Origin: Octopus sinensis
Taxonomy: Eukaryota
Length of the DNA: 64,000 nucleotides
Direction of reading: 5' to 3'
Assembly (NCBI RefSeq): GCF_006345805.1
Contig: NC_042997.1
Span: forward strand, 101,990,001-102,054,000
The translations under genes were made by a program, and so were the position numbers. Shown here one piece after another: positions 27,755 to 41,494 of the stretch; position 1 is the stretch's first letter, and every line of letters begins with the position of its first letter. The notes beneath the pieces are model-generated. The model saw nothing but the letters and a program-made list of their open reading frames with translations. It was not told the DNA's origin and did no database searches.

Positions 27755-28851
27755 AGTGCCATTGCTAGTCATACAATAAGCTTGATGTGTAAAGCCCTGT
27801 TGTTCAAATCTTACCTTATGTGACGTACCCTATCATTCTTTTTTGGATTGATAAAGATAAAAGAACGGACTGACTCAACTCTAAACACAAACATCCGGGT
27901 TGAATTCACACAATTATAGTGAATTGATGGCAGTGAACTTACTGGGTATGGTTCACTTGGGCAGCATCTCAATGTAGCCCAAATGAGCACACGCGTCCTG
28001 ATACTGAATAGCTATGGAAGAGTACTCTTTTCTCATTTATTTGACATGAAAGAATATACATATACATATGTGTGTGTGTCTATATACAAATATAAATATA
28101 TATATATATATATATGTATATGTCTGTGTGTATGTGTGTATGTGTGTGCATGTAATATGCATACTCCCACACACACATATACATTTTGACAATAGTCTTA
28201 GAAAAGAAATGACTTGCTAGTCTTAGTGGCATTGCTAGTCATACAATAAATTTGATGTGTAAAGCCCTGTTGTTCAAATCTTACCTTATGTGACATATCC
28301 TATCATGCTTTTTGGATTGATAAAGATAAAAGAATGGACTGACTCAACTCTAAACACAAACATCCGGGTTGAATTCACAAAAATGCAATATTTGACATAA
28401 AACTTTGATGGCTCATAACTGGTGGTCTTAGTCATACTTAAGGTAAGATCCATTAATGGAACAGTGTCTAAATCAGATGGAAAAGAGCATATTGTTACCT
28501 TAATGGTATGGATGCTGGCATAAGCTTAACATCTGTCAGTTGGTCTACAAAGCATATATATATATATATATATATATCGTCGCTTCACTGGCACCTGTGC
28601 CGGTGGCATGTGTAAAAAGATTCGAGCGAGGTCATTGCCAGTACCGCCTGACTGGCCCCTGTGCCGGTGGCACGTAAAGAGTACCCACTGCACTCTCGGA
28701 GTGGTTGGCATTAGGAAGGGCATCCATCTGTAGAAACTCTGCCAGATCAAGATTGGAGCCTGGTGCAGCCATCTGGCTCGCCAGTCCTCAGTCAAAATCG
28801 TCCAACCCATGTTAGCATGGAAGGCGGACGTTAAACGATGATGATGATGAT

Positions 28852-28887
<36 letters not shown>

Positions 28888-28890
28888 GTT

Positions 28891-28931
<41 letters not shown>

Positions 28932-29130
28932 TATATATGTATGTAATACACATACCCTCCCACACACACATGCATATTGACAAAAGTCCTAGAAAAGAAA
29001 CAACTTGCTACGAGGAAGTTTGGAGTGAATAAAACTTATAGAAATAAATAACTGAGAGTTGTGTGAATAAATGCAACAGCTCTGAAACATTTGTGCCACT
29101 GTTAGTTATACAGCTGTATAAATGTGTGTC

Positions 29131-29187
<57 letters not shown>

Positions 29188-29610
29188 GTATGTATACACG
29201 TGTGTGTATATAACTATATATATCAAAAGAGGAGATTAGAGCATTTTTTGCAGTATTTATTCATCATTACATGTGTTTCATTTGCTAACAGGAGTTAAAA
29301 TATTGTAGAAAACATGTAAGATATCTCTTATTAGAAATTCCTCAGACTGAGAAAATATAACCATAGTATCTCACCATTAATAGTTAAAAACTATTTTATT
29401 GAAAGAAGGAAAAACAGTGAATTGATGGCAGTGAACTTACTGGGTATGGTTCACTTGGGCAGCATCTCAATGTAGCCCAAATGAGCACACGCGTCCTGAT
29501 ACTGAGTAGCTATGGAAGAGTACTCTTTTCTCATTTATTTGACATGAAAGAATATACATATACATATGTGTGTGTGTCTATATACAAATATAAATATATA
29601 TATATATATA
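27755..29610. repeat. local direct duplications upstream of the PPDWGP exon
   Basis: 27755-27910 matches 28225-28378; 27917-28110 matches 29416-29610. Confidence 0.9.
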
Positions 29611-29683
29611 TATATAATGGCGGTGCTCCAGCATGATCACAGCTCGTGAGCTGAAACTAGATAAAATATAAAATATAATATAA

Positions 29684-29728
<45 letters not shown>

Positions 29729-30942
29729 GTACTGAGAGAATGGGAGAGAGAGACAGAGAAAGAAAAAGAGAGAGATACATGCATATATGTATGTATATGT
29801 ATATATATATATTGAGCATTCCTTTCTTATTCCTTCAATATTAAGATGTGTATATGTGTGTGTGTATAAGCATGCATATACGTATATATTTGTACACACT
29901 CAACCACACATACACATACGAATATGTTTGTCTCTTATACACATACCTTGACTTTAGACCTATACCTGGGAAGAGCAATGAAAATATCTCTGCTATACAT
30001 ATTTCAAACGAAAATGATCCCTTTGTTGTAAGTTACTTGGAATTTCTGCTGTTTCTACTTCCACAATTAATTATTGAATAAACAACTAACAAACTTGTTA
30101 GATGATAACCGCTGATATAACAAACGCCTCCATAAAATAACAATCAGTGGCTATGAAAAATAATAGTAGATTTTAGCAAGAACAAAATTCATGTCATCAT
30201 GATATTATGTAATTAATTTAACAACTAGCTTGTTGCATGCAATGACAAATAACATTCCACAAACATTTATATAATGATGACAGGATGTGTCATCATCTTT
30301 GGCAAATACATATTGAAGACTGGACTTCTGAGAAACTTACAGCAAATGCAATAAATGTATTTTATTTTGTAACAGGAGTAAATAAATAGGTACAAATATT
30401 TAAATAGATTTAATTTGAAAGAAAATAATCTTTTCAAGTTTTAGCACAAGGACAGCAGTTTTAAGGGAGGGGCAAGTCAGTTACATTGACCTCAGTACTT
30501 GACTTGTATTTTATTTTATTGATCCTGGAAGGATGAATAGTATAGTTGACTTTAGCGGAATTTGAACTCAGAATATAAGGAGTTAGAAGAAATGCTGCTA
30601 AGTATTTTTTCTGATGCACTAATGATTCTGCTAGCTATAATTCCTAAAGCTGTTGGGTAATAATCATAAGAACATAGAAACTTCCAGGGACATGAAGTAA
30701 TGTGTTTTTGATGGTGGAACTTGAAGTAGGTGGGGTTCTTTAACCCAAAATTTACATGCTATTATTTATAGTTTTATCAATTTTGAGTTTCACTGTTAAA
30801 AGCAAGCTATACCTTAAACCAAAACAGGGGTATATAACAGAAGGCATCATAATAAGGTTTATAGAAAATAAAAAACAACAAAAACCTTAAATGATCATTG
30901 CTGGTAATATATATATATATATATATTACCAGCAATGATCAT

Positions 30943-31000
<58 letters not shown>

Positions 31001-31001
<1 letters not shown>

Positions 31002-31204
31002 AGGGTGGCTCAAAAGTAGGTTTACAGTTATTCAACTATCTCTTTTGCATTCATATATTAACAGTTTAGATCTTAATTATAAAATAATATGAAACCATTA
31101 CTCTATGCTAATTTAGTTAACTGTAAGATAGGAATTTAGATGTAATAAAATGTTTTAAAAGAAATTTAAAGTGATAACTGTAAACTTACTTTTAGGCCAC
31201 CTTG
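31001..31204. mobile_element. Tc1/mariner-type MITE
   Basis: ~30-bp imperfect TIRs CAGGGTGGCTCAAAAGTAGGTTTACAGTTAT / ATAACTGTAAACTTACTTTTAGGCCACCTTG in TA context. Confidence 0.75.
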
Positions 31205-31534
31205 TATACACACACACACACACATATTCTTTTACTTGTTTCCATCATTTGACAGCAGCTACGCTGAGGGTTGTTTATCAACCTTCTCACTGGTTAAAAG
31301 TGATAAACAACCCTTAGTTAAACACCCATTTATGCTATATTGCCTGAAGAAATGAAACCATGAAAATGATCTACTCTATGCCCCCGAATACTATGGACTA
31401 CACTGTAACCATCTCAGGAATATGAACTGTGATCTTAAGAGACATGTGATTTATGGGAAAATGCATAGTGAGGCATTAAAATATCTATAAATTTCATTCA
31501 AGGATTATTGTTATTATTACTATATAATATATAT

Positions 31535-31566
<32 letters not shown>

Positions 31567-31567
<1 letters not shown>

Positions 31568-32006
31568 CATCATCATCATCATCATCATTTAGCGTCCGCT
31601 TTCCATGCTAGCATGGGTTGGACGGTTTAACTGGGGTCTGTGAAGCCGGAAGGCTTCATCAGGCCCAGTCAGATTTGGCAGTGTTTCTACGGCTGGATGC
31701 CCTTCCTAACGCCAACCACTCCGCGAGTGTAGTGGGTGTTTTTTACGTGCCACCTGCACAGGTGCCAGACAGAGCTGGCGAACGGCCACGAACGGATGGT
31801 GTTTTTACGTGTCACCGGCACGGGGCCAGGCAATGCTGGCAACGGACATGAACGGATGGTGCTTTTACGTGCCACCGACACAGGGCCAGACAGAGCCGGC
31901 AAACGGCCATGAATGGACGGAGCTTTTACGTGTCACCTGCACGGGGCCAGCCGAGGCTGGCAACGAACACGAACGGATGGTGCTTTTACGTGCCACTTTT
32001 ACGTGC

Positions 32007-32010
<4 letters not shown>
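31567..32010 (-). mobile_element. short element sharing the RTE 3' tail and ~60-bp repeat units
   Basis: Same CCAACCCATGCTAGCATGGAAAGCGGACG(ATG)n end as 6624-6790. Related short copies at ~4105-4290 (-), ~18050-18270 (+), ~24060-24410 (+), ~28577-28850 (+), ~43920-44070 (+). Confidence 0.85.
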
Positions 32011-32044
<34 letters not shown>

Positions 32045-33520
32045 TAAATATATAAAATGAGACAAGAATGCAAAACATCCAGACAGTTAGGTGATACAAA
32101 AAAGGGACAGCAAAACATCCAGATAGACGATATAAAGAAAACAAGGACGGGTCATCCGGAGTTTTCTTTCCTCAGTCGAGTTCCAGATTATCTTTGCAAT
32201 TTTTGCTGGTTATACTTGAAGGGCATCTGGCCATAGAAAATCTACCTCAATGAATTATGCTTGCATCATGCAAACATGGAAAAGTTATATGTTAAACTGA
32301 CGATGATGATAATAATGATGATAATGACGATGACGACTATGATAGTAATGATGATAATGACAATGACGATGATGAATATGATGATGATAATGATGATGAT
32401 GATTTTATGCATTGATGGTAGCAGTATGATAAAAGAGAAGAATGAGCTGATAAGCATAGCATTTTTTTTATACACTTAATAAAGATATACTTTGTTTAGT
32501 CTGCTGATATGATTAATATCCAAACCTTTTATAGATATTCATAATTTGTTGGGTTTCCAGGTGCACTAAATCCTTATATAAGCACAAAGAACCCAGAACT
32601 GGTAGAAAATAAAACAAAACTGCAACAAAAACTATAACAAAACTATTAATTTAGTCCTTTAATTATTTATAAAAAAGAATTTACCATTCAGTCTTTTAAA
32701 TTGCTATTAGAAAGAATTTACCATTCTGGTAGTGTTGGGTCAGAAGGAACTGTAAAGGGAATAATCATTTTTGCCATGTTATTGTACTTTGAACAATCTA
32801 ATCATGTCCAACATATGGATGAGGAAAGAAGAATTATAAGGATGCAAACTCTATTTTGTTGTCATATTGGTTTCAAATATTGGCACAAGGTTTGCAATTT
32901 TGGGGAGTGAGTAAGTCAATTACAACAACTGTGTTCAACTGGTACTTATTTTATCAACTCTGAAAGGATGAAAGGCAAAGCGGACCTCAGCAGAACTTGA
33001 ACTCAGAATGTAAAGATGGATAAAATGTCACTAAGTATTTTACCCAGCATGCTAACGATTTTGACAGCTTACTTTTTTTGTTGTCATATTGATAAAGAGA
33101 AGGAGGAAGTAAAATCTTGTTAATATTTGGAGTGGATGAAGGCAGTGAGCTGGCAGAATCGTTTGTAAGCCAGGCAAAGTACTTAGCAGAATTTGAACTC
33201 AGAATGTGAAGATGGATGAAATGCCACTGAGGTTGACTTTACTGCTCATCCTTTCAGGTTTAATAAAATGAGTACCAGTTAAGCACAGGAGTCAATGTAA
33301 TCAACCCAGAAATTGTTGGCCTCATGCCAAATTTCAAAACTAATGTTTCGGGTGAAAGAACTTGTATTTGTCAGTTTGAGAACCATTGATATAGAGGATG
33401 GGTCAAATCATAAGTTTGAGTGAAATATGTAATGAGTTCCAGCTCAACATTTAAGCTTTCATAATTTGTATAATAAAAATCTATTTTCCAACCTCTCTCT
33501 CTAGAAAGAGAGAGGCAGCA

Positions 33521-33565
<45 letters not shown>

Positions 33566-34685
33566 CTTTATAATGAACAAAAGCAGTAGTTTTCTCTACT
33601 TTTTTTTATTTGTTATACAGATAACGACTTTGCTTCTGTTGACCTTTTCACCAGTCACTGATTAATATCTTGTTTTGCGTTAACAGTGATGTAAATATTT
33701 CATTTTTACTTTTATTTTTAGTGGGATTGACATTAAATAGAACTAGTCAAAGTAATTATTAAGCTGTTTCTCTATCCACTTCTGTCAAAAGATAGACAGT
33801 TGTTCAAAATGGTGATCTAAAAATCATTAAAATTTTTAAATTGTAGTTTCCATTTTATATGTTAACAAAATCTACAACAAAATGAATTACTACATCACTG
33901 ACTTTTTTGATAGCATCTCAGCTCTCTAACAACAATATAATTTACATGCTTTATAACTCACCCTTTTGTCCCTCGTCCTTTACATCACACTTCCCTATCA
34001 CTCATTTATACATTGCTCATACCATAGTCTTTCATATCTTTTTTCCCAATCCTTTTACCTCTCTTGCTTTTCATGCCCCTATTGTTCATCTCTCAGTCGC
34101 TTTCTCTTCATCTCAATCTTTCTATACTACGAGGTAACCAAAGATGGTAGTGGATCTCTCTTCAGTTCATCATACCTATGCTTTTTGTCGCTCATCTTCT
34201 GTTCAACATACATAGCCTATTGCTCACCACTCCTTCTTCTCAATTTCACTGTATTTACTCTTGGTGTGACAAGGATGGTAGTGTATCTCTTGTGCTTATT
34301 ACATGTTGCACTCTCTCACCCATCTCTTTATTGTTCATCTGTTATTCTCTATACACCACAGTCTTTCACCTAATAGTTAAGGAGCTTGAACTGCATTCAT
34401 CAGACCACAGGGATTGCTCTGAAATGACTTGGCATTTTATCACCTGTTGCCTAAAACAAGAATTTTCTCCATAACAAACCCCAGTGAAAATGGCCCTTTT
34501 ACTAGTGAATATACCCTAATAATATTTGAACTGATCTATAAGTGTTGTTGTTGGTATATGATATATATATATATATAATATATATATATTTATATATATA
34601 TATATATTAATATGATATATATATGTATATATATATGTATGTATAATGTGTATCTCTCTCTCCTCTTCTCTCTCATCTCGTCTAG

Positions 34686-34733
<48 letters not shown>

Positions 34734-34896
34734 TAACTTATAAACAAGGGCAAAAGAAAAATTTATTTCTAAGCCAATAAACTGATAACAGACTTTAAAT
34801 TGTCAATTTCCACATTTCAATATACATTCACTATAAATGCACGTTGTGCTGAAATTGAGGAAAGCTAGCCAACAGAATTTTTTTAAAAGTTTGTTA

Positions 34897-34955
34897 TTTC
34901 TATATTGAATCAATTTCGGGATTAATCCTATGGATTCTTCCCTCTTCAGTAGAAA
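34897..34955 (-). ncRNA. type I hammerhead ribozyme (identical inverted copy; sense to the SLC6 pre-mRNA)
   Basis: Exact reverse complement of 35451-35509; predicted cut between 34903 and 34902. Confidence 0.85.
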
Positions 34956-35450
34956 ATACGATAGGAAATAAATGAAATACCTATATGCACCCATGGAAAA
35001 AGCACAAGCAAGAGTCCCTAAGTGAATGGTAATAAATCTACTACTAATATAGGATAAAAATTTTTTCAGAAAAAAATTTCATCAAAAGTGGCAGCATATT
35101 AAAATACCTTTAAGGGTTAAAATTATAAACAATTTATAAACAAGGGCAAAAGAAAAATTTATTTCTATGCCAATATGCTGATAACAGACTTTAAATCGTC
35201 AATTTCCACATTTCATTATACATTCACCATAAATACACGTGCTGAAATCGAGGAAAGCTAGCCAACAGAATTTTCACTTAGGGACTGGTAACCACTATAA
35301 GTTGTGATTCAGAATAGTTCACACGTGTACTGAGGCTGGCTAAAAGATTTTACATTTAGATATAACTGGGGTACTTATGTATACTCATGACTCTTGCTTG
35401 TGCTTTTTTCCATGGGTGCGTATAGGTATTTCATTTATTTCCTATCGTAT

Positions 35451-35509
35451 TTTCTACTGAAGAGGGAAGAATCCATAGGATTAATCCCGAAATTGATTCA
35501 ATATAGAAA
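35451..35509 (+). ncRNA. type I hammerhead ribozyme (canonical core)
   Basis: Stem I UUUCUA/UAGAAA; core CUGAAGA (35457-35463); stem II GGGA..AUCC-AUA-GGAU..UCCC; GAA (35489-35491); stem III AUUG-AUU-CAAU (near-palindromic); cleavage triplet AUA, predicted cut after 35503. Confidence 0.85.
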
Positions 35510-37231
35510 TAACGAACTTTTAAAAAAATTGTGTTGGCTAGCTTTCCTCGATTTCAGTACAACATGTATTTATAATGAATGTATAATGAAATGTGGAAAT
35601 TGACGATTTAAAGTCTGTTATCAGCATATTGGCATAGAAATAAAATTTTCTTTTGCCCTTGTTTATAAGTTGTTTATAATTTTAACCTTTAAAAGTATTT
35701 TAATATGCTGACACTTTTGATGAAATTTTTTTCTGAATAGTATATATACATATATATATATATGTGACAGTTTTCCATACAGATTACATCTATGAAATTC
35801 ATTCACAAGGCATTGGTCAATGCTGAGGACTGTTGTAAAAGACACTTGCCCAAGATGTCTCACAGTGGGATTAAATCCCAAAACATTTGGTGCAAAGTAA
35901 ATTTCTTAATGACACAGCCATGCTCATACCTAAAAAGATTCAACATTTATAATCTGCTCATTGTGCTTCTTATCCTAAGCATTTTGTGTTGTAAGTACAA
36001 ATGAAAATAGACAATCCTACCACATGCAACCTGTACAGACATATGTTTAGATTTTTTTTATTGCCTTCATATCTGATTTACTATGTAAGGTCTTTAATAT
36101 ATTTTTGCATGTAAGTTATATGAATAGAAAGAATTAAAAGAAAAGTCATTTTGTAAAATGCAGTTTTAGTTTCTCCTGATGGATGAAAACAAAGTTTCAG
36201 GATTTAAATACGCATACATATTCACACACAAATACTGGCAAGTATTTGTGCATGCATACATACATACATACATACATACATACATACATACATACATACA
36301 TACATACATACATACATACACACATACATAAATGCATACATAAACACATACATATAAAAACATATGCATGCATACATACATACATACATACATACATACA
36401 TAGAGAATGTCTAGATATGCAACTATATGCATGAAAATACATACATAAAACAAAGCATACAGATCTGCACATATACATACATACAAAAATACCCTGTTGT
36501 CGTTGAAATTTCAGTGAAGGAGCCTTGGATCTAGGTTAGAAACTGGCTCTTTCTCTATTGGCAAGATATCTTGAAATAAAACTGAATAATGAGTGAATGA
36601 CATACGTACATACATGCATTCATACATACATACATACATACATACATACATACTTATGTACATACATACATACATACATACATACTTATGTACATACATA
36701 CATATATACATACATACATGCATGCATACATACACAAATGCAAACACACACACATACATACATACATAAATACATACATACATACATACATCATTGCAAT
36801 ATCTGGAACAACAAAAATCTGCAAGATTTAAAGGATGATGAACAAAACAAGCTGCTTTCATTCAGACCCTTGCTGCCAACAAGAAGGGTGATCAAAAGAT
36901 ATTCTAAAAAAAAAAAAAAATGAAGAGAAGAACATACATACATATATAAAATAAAATGAATCTTTATCACAACTTCCAACAATGAATCTTCAGCTTTTTG
37001 ATCAACTTGAACTACCAGGTTCCTTTAATTAGCATGCAAGTGGCTGAGTATTCCAGAGCTATGTCTACTTTCAATATAATTCTCAAGTGGGATCAGCATG
37101 ACAGTGTGACAAAGTAGAACTTTTGACTTAGAGGTACAATTCATCTGCCAGGATCCTAAAGATTTTTTAGGTACCTATATCAACTCACAAGTCTTATTAT
37201 ATAAGGCCTTCAAATTATTTTTATACATACA

Positions 37232-37692
37232 CTAGCTATTTTGACCCATGCTTCGCTTGGGTTTTGGTGGTGGTGTTGTTTTGTGCATGTTGTCTCCTTT
37301 TCCCTTTCTTCTTTTGTTCGTCTTCTTTGCCTGGTTCTTTCTATTGCCGTCTTCTTTACCCCACTTTCCCAAATCCCCCAAATTTTTACACCCATAATTA
37401 AAGATAACTGCCTCTAGCCTCTGCAGCAGCACGAAAAGCCACCATTATTCAAACAGCGCAACCTGTCCATCCCATAAAACTCAATTTTTCCCACATTCCT
37501 CACCATAGCAATCAAACGGTAGCCCTGAGCGACTTGCAACCCTCCTCACACCATTGTCCACCCCATTTTACCCTCCAGTGTAAATTTTGGCACCAATCCG
37601 ACCCCATCTAGCGGCCCTTAAACCATTCCCATTCCAAAATGAGACAAATAATCAAGACATCAAACAACTTTTTTGCATTTCAGCTTTATAGA
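37232..37692 (-). mobile_element. non-autonomous Helitron
   Basis: Minus strand starts A|TCTATAAAGCTG and ends with hairpin CCCAAGC-GAA-GCATGGG, ~10 nt, then CTAG|T: 5'-TC, 3'-CTRR, subterminal hairpin, AT target. Confidence 0.8.
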
Positions 37693-37887
37693 TATTGATG
37701 AGGCTATAAGAAATGCCTTAGATACGGAAGCAAACTTCTTAGCCATTCAGCCATATTGTTCCAACATATTAATATATACTAAAATGATATGTATGTAGGT
37801 ATGTATGTCTTTCTCTCTCTCTCAATCTCTTTCCTGCTCTCTCTGTCTATCTATCGAAACACACACACACACATGCACACGCATGCA

Positions 37888-37958
<71 letters not shown>

Positions 37959-38194
37959 CTCAGTCTCACTTGTTGTAAGGGAGCTTGTCTTCTTTGTCAA
38001 TCATTAGATAAGTGCCTCCCCATGGCTAAGAGTTTTTTCTGATTCTTATTTCTAGCAATGCTGGTGCTGACTACCATCATTAGTCACCTGAGTGATGCCT
38101 GTACAGGTGCCTTTCGGTAGTAAATTGCAAATTAGCCACCTTAATAATTTTTATACACGCATGCACGCACATACACACACATTATATATATATG

Positions 38195-38226
<32 letters not shown>

Positions 38227-38240
38227 CGCGTGTGTATATG

Positions 38241-38286
<46 letters not shown>

Positions 38287-38500
38287 TTTTCCATACACAT
38301 AATCAGACTAATAACCTGGTGTAGAACTCAATATACATATGACTGAAAACACATTTGATGAGTATAGAGTAGTAATAGGAACAGAGAGATGACATTGGAA
38401 AAAAAAACAAAGGTTATGTAATGAACTTCATTTGCTTATATATATATATGCATATATATTTAAATCTGTGTGTGTATCACTCTCACTGTATGTGTGTGGG

Positions 38501-38536
<36 letters not shown>

Positions 38537-38691
38537 GGCAGATATGTGTATATATGTGTGATGTGTGTGTGTTTGCGTGCATGCATGCATATGTGTGTGT
38601 GTATTATGTATAACGTAAGTCAGATGGGTGACAAGTTATAGAAGCTTTGGTGTCAGTGACATACATGCATACCTACATACACACACACTCA

Positions 38692-38739
<48 letters not shown>

Positions 38740-39556
38740 ACCCCCTTCCCTCAGAAATTATTGCATTGTAATTCTCCAATAGCTTCAACTTTGTATACTT
38801 TAAAACCTGTATGCATTCACACATACACAATGACAACTGCTACAAACACTTAATTCATATACATTTACAAGAAAGTGCAATATCATTCATAATTACATAA
38901 CAAATACAATATAAGACAGAAAATTTAGCAAAAATTTCTTATATTCAAATTTAAGTTTTGCAATTAAAAAGTAATTCAAGTATTCAGTATTTTCAGTAAC
39001 AGATAAGAGGTGGGGATAAAATACTTGAATGGGTTATATTTTTTTTTTAATTAACTCTTAATAATATATTGTAATATTTTGATTAGATATTAAGTTTTCT
39101 ATCAAATTGCTCATAAAGAAATAGAGAGAGAGAGAGAGAAATCACTTTTAAAAGTACTGTGAAGGTGTATACAAACTTCGACTTCTCTAAGAATGGTTAA
39201 TTATATAAGAACTTACCTAAATCCACAGCTTAAATTTTGATAAAAATATATTTAAAAAACTTTAATAAAAGTATATATTCCTTTTGGGAGTGAGCGAACA
39301 AGAAGTAACTGTACTAACTAAGGAGTTGGAAAGATAAGTTCCTTCAACAGGTAAGATAAGAAGTGGCTATTGAACTGAATGTCTGACAGAAGGATGCCAG
39401 TAAGATTAAATTAAGAAAAAAAAAAAAAAAAATCAGCTGTAGGCACTACTTAGAAGGTTCCCACACTTGACATACAGAACACCTCTGTATATTAATACCT
39501 ATATACATATATTCATACATATGTACATACACACGTACATACATATATACATACAT

Positions 39557-39678
<122 letters not shown>

Positions 39679-39724
39679 TATATATACTACACATATACAT
39701 ATATGTATGTGTATATAATATAAG

Positions 39725-39765
<41 letters not shown>

Positions 39766-39771
39766 TTATAA

Positions 39772-39824
<53 letters not shown>

Positions 39825-39892
39825 TTTAAAAATGTTTATATATATATATATATATATATATATGCATTTAAAAATGTATATATATACACACA

Positions 39893-39930
<38 letters not shown>

Positions 39931-41494
39931 GACACACATGCATACTTACATACATATATACATACATGATATATACAAATACATAGACATATACTAACTA
40001 ATATGAAGATGGAAGAAAAGTAGTTACACAAAAGTTTCTGTTATTAAGTTTCTTCTTTTTTTTTCCTGTATTTTCTTTTTTTTTATGTGAACATTTTCTT
40101 TACATCCATCTGTCAACATTGGCCAGTAGCTAGAAGTTGAAGCCATTTAAACTTTCCAGCAGGACATAGTAAGTAATAAGCAGATTGGTATGCATGTGTA
40201 TGAGAGTGTGGTGGCAGAACGAGATACAAAGATTTCTGAGTGAGTAAGAGTTTCTTATAGATTTTTTTTCTTAAGGTGGCAAGCTAGCATAATCATTAGC
40301 ATTTTCGGATAAAATGCTTAGCAGTATTTCTTTTGGCTCTTTACACTCTGAGTTCAAATACTGCCGAGGATGACTTTGCCTTTCATGCTCTCAGGGTCGA
40401 TAAAATAAAGTACCAGTCAAGTACTGGCATCTCTGTAATTGATTTACCCTCCTTCTAAACCTGCTACCCTTGTGATAAAATTTGGAACAAGGGTACTAAT
40501 CTGGCAGAATTGTTAACAAGTCAGACAAAATGTTAAGTAGCATTTCTCTGGCTGTATGTTCTGAGTTCAAATTCTGCCAATGTTGATTTTGCTTTTCATC
40601 TTTCAGGATTGATAAAATAAGTGCCAGTTGAGCACTGGGGTTAATATGATTGACTAGCGCACTCCCACAAAATTTCAGGTTTTTTACCTATAGTTGTAAA
40701 AAAAAAAAGATAGATTCAGGATTTTGGATCAGGTCAGGAGACTGAAGATGAATCATAAATCATAGGCTTACCTTCCTTTTAGCTTCATCAGTCTTAGAGG
40801 AAATTCAATCTTAAGGCATGAGCTCACTGGACAATTGTCTTGGGATTTCATTGTTCAAGGGGCCCCAGCTATAATTTATGTATGATGTGGCTTGCTGTCA
40901 GTAAATAAATACTATAGGGCCCAATGCTCTGATTTTCCTAGGGGCCTATAATGATACTAAGATGGCCCTGCTTGGAGGTCAAACAAAAACATTGCTCTTC
41001 TTCCACTGACAAAGCCAGTTGATCCTAACTAGGGATCAGTCAAAATTTAGGAGTAATATTTAAAGGTAATATTTAAAGTTGTGAGCAATGGTAATTGGAT
41101 TCATCACCATCAATGTATTATCTCACTTATTTGATATCTTTTCGGCTTTAAATTTTACCTGAATGTTATGATGTAATCTATGAATGAATCAATAAAATTC
41201 TACAAAAACAGCTGTTGTAAATTTTAAGCCATATTTGTGCTCTCTTTTTATTCATATGCCACACCTAGAACCAACCACAGAGTTGGATCTACAGTTTATA
41301 TCAGATTTGGTACTTACATATCTACAGTAGCCTACCAAACTTGATAACTTTACTGTTGTTTTCCTTACTGAGAACCCTATGTTATTGGCTTCCTACATGT
41401 TGATGTGCCTAGATTCTATTGAATCCTATAACTAACTTAATTTCATTTAATTTGCACACACACACACACACACACAAACAATGCTCAACCACAT

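Larger units (their letters stand above)
34731..35740. mobile_element. inverted-repeat element carrying two hammerheads, probably Penelope-like terminal repeats
   Basis: 34735-35014 is an inverted copy of 35390-35670. 35065-35275 is a further partial copy; its start TTCAGAAAAAAATTTCATC is inverted relative to the end at 35737. (TA)n tracts flank both sides. Confidence 0.65.

Noticed and set aside
32141-32180. Minus-strand CUGAGGA...GGA..GUC hammerhead-like motif in a probable Penelope-type terminal fragment
   Set aside because: GAAA is absent and stem I does not close; at most a decayed remnant.
34803-35603. Two near-identical 63-69 aa ORFs on opposite strands
   Set aside because: They are the two arms of the inverted repeat; the structured RNA explains the sequence better than a peptide.
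40800-40900. Minus-strand frame containing SWGP, as another SLC6 tail exon
   Set aside because: The WGP codons come from a GGGGCCCC-rich small repeat at ~40855-40975; no other SLC6 resemblance.
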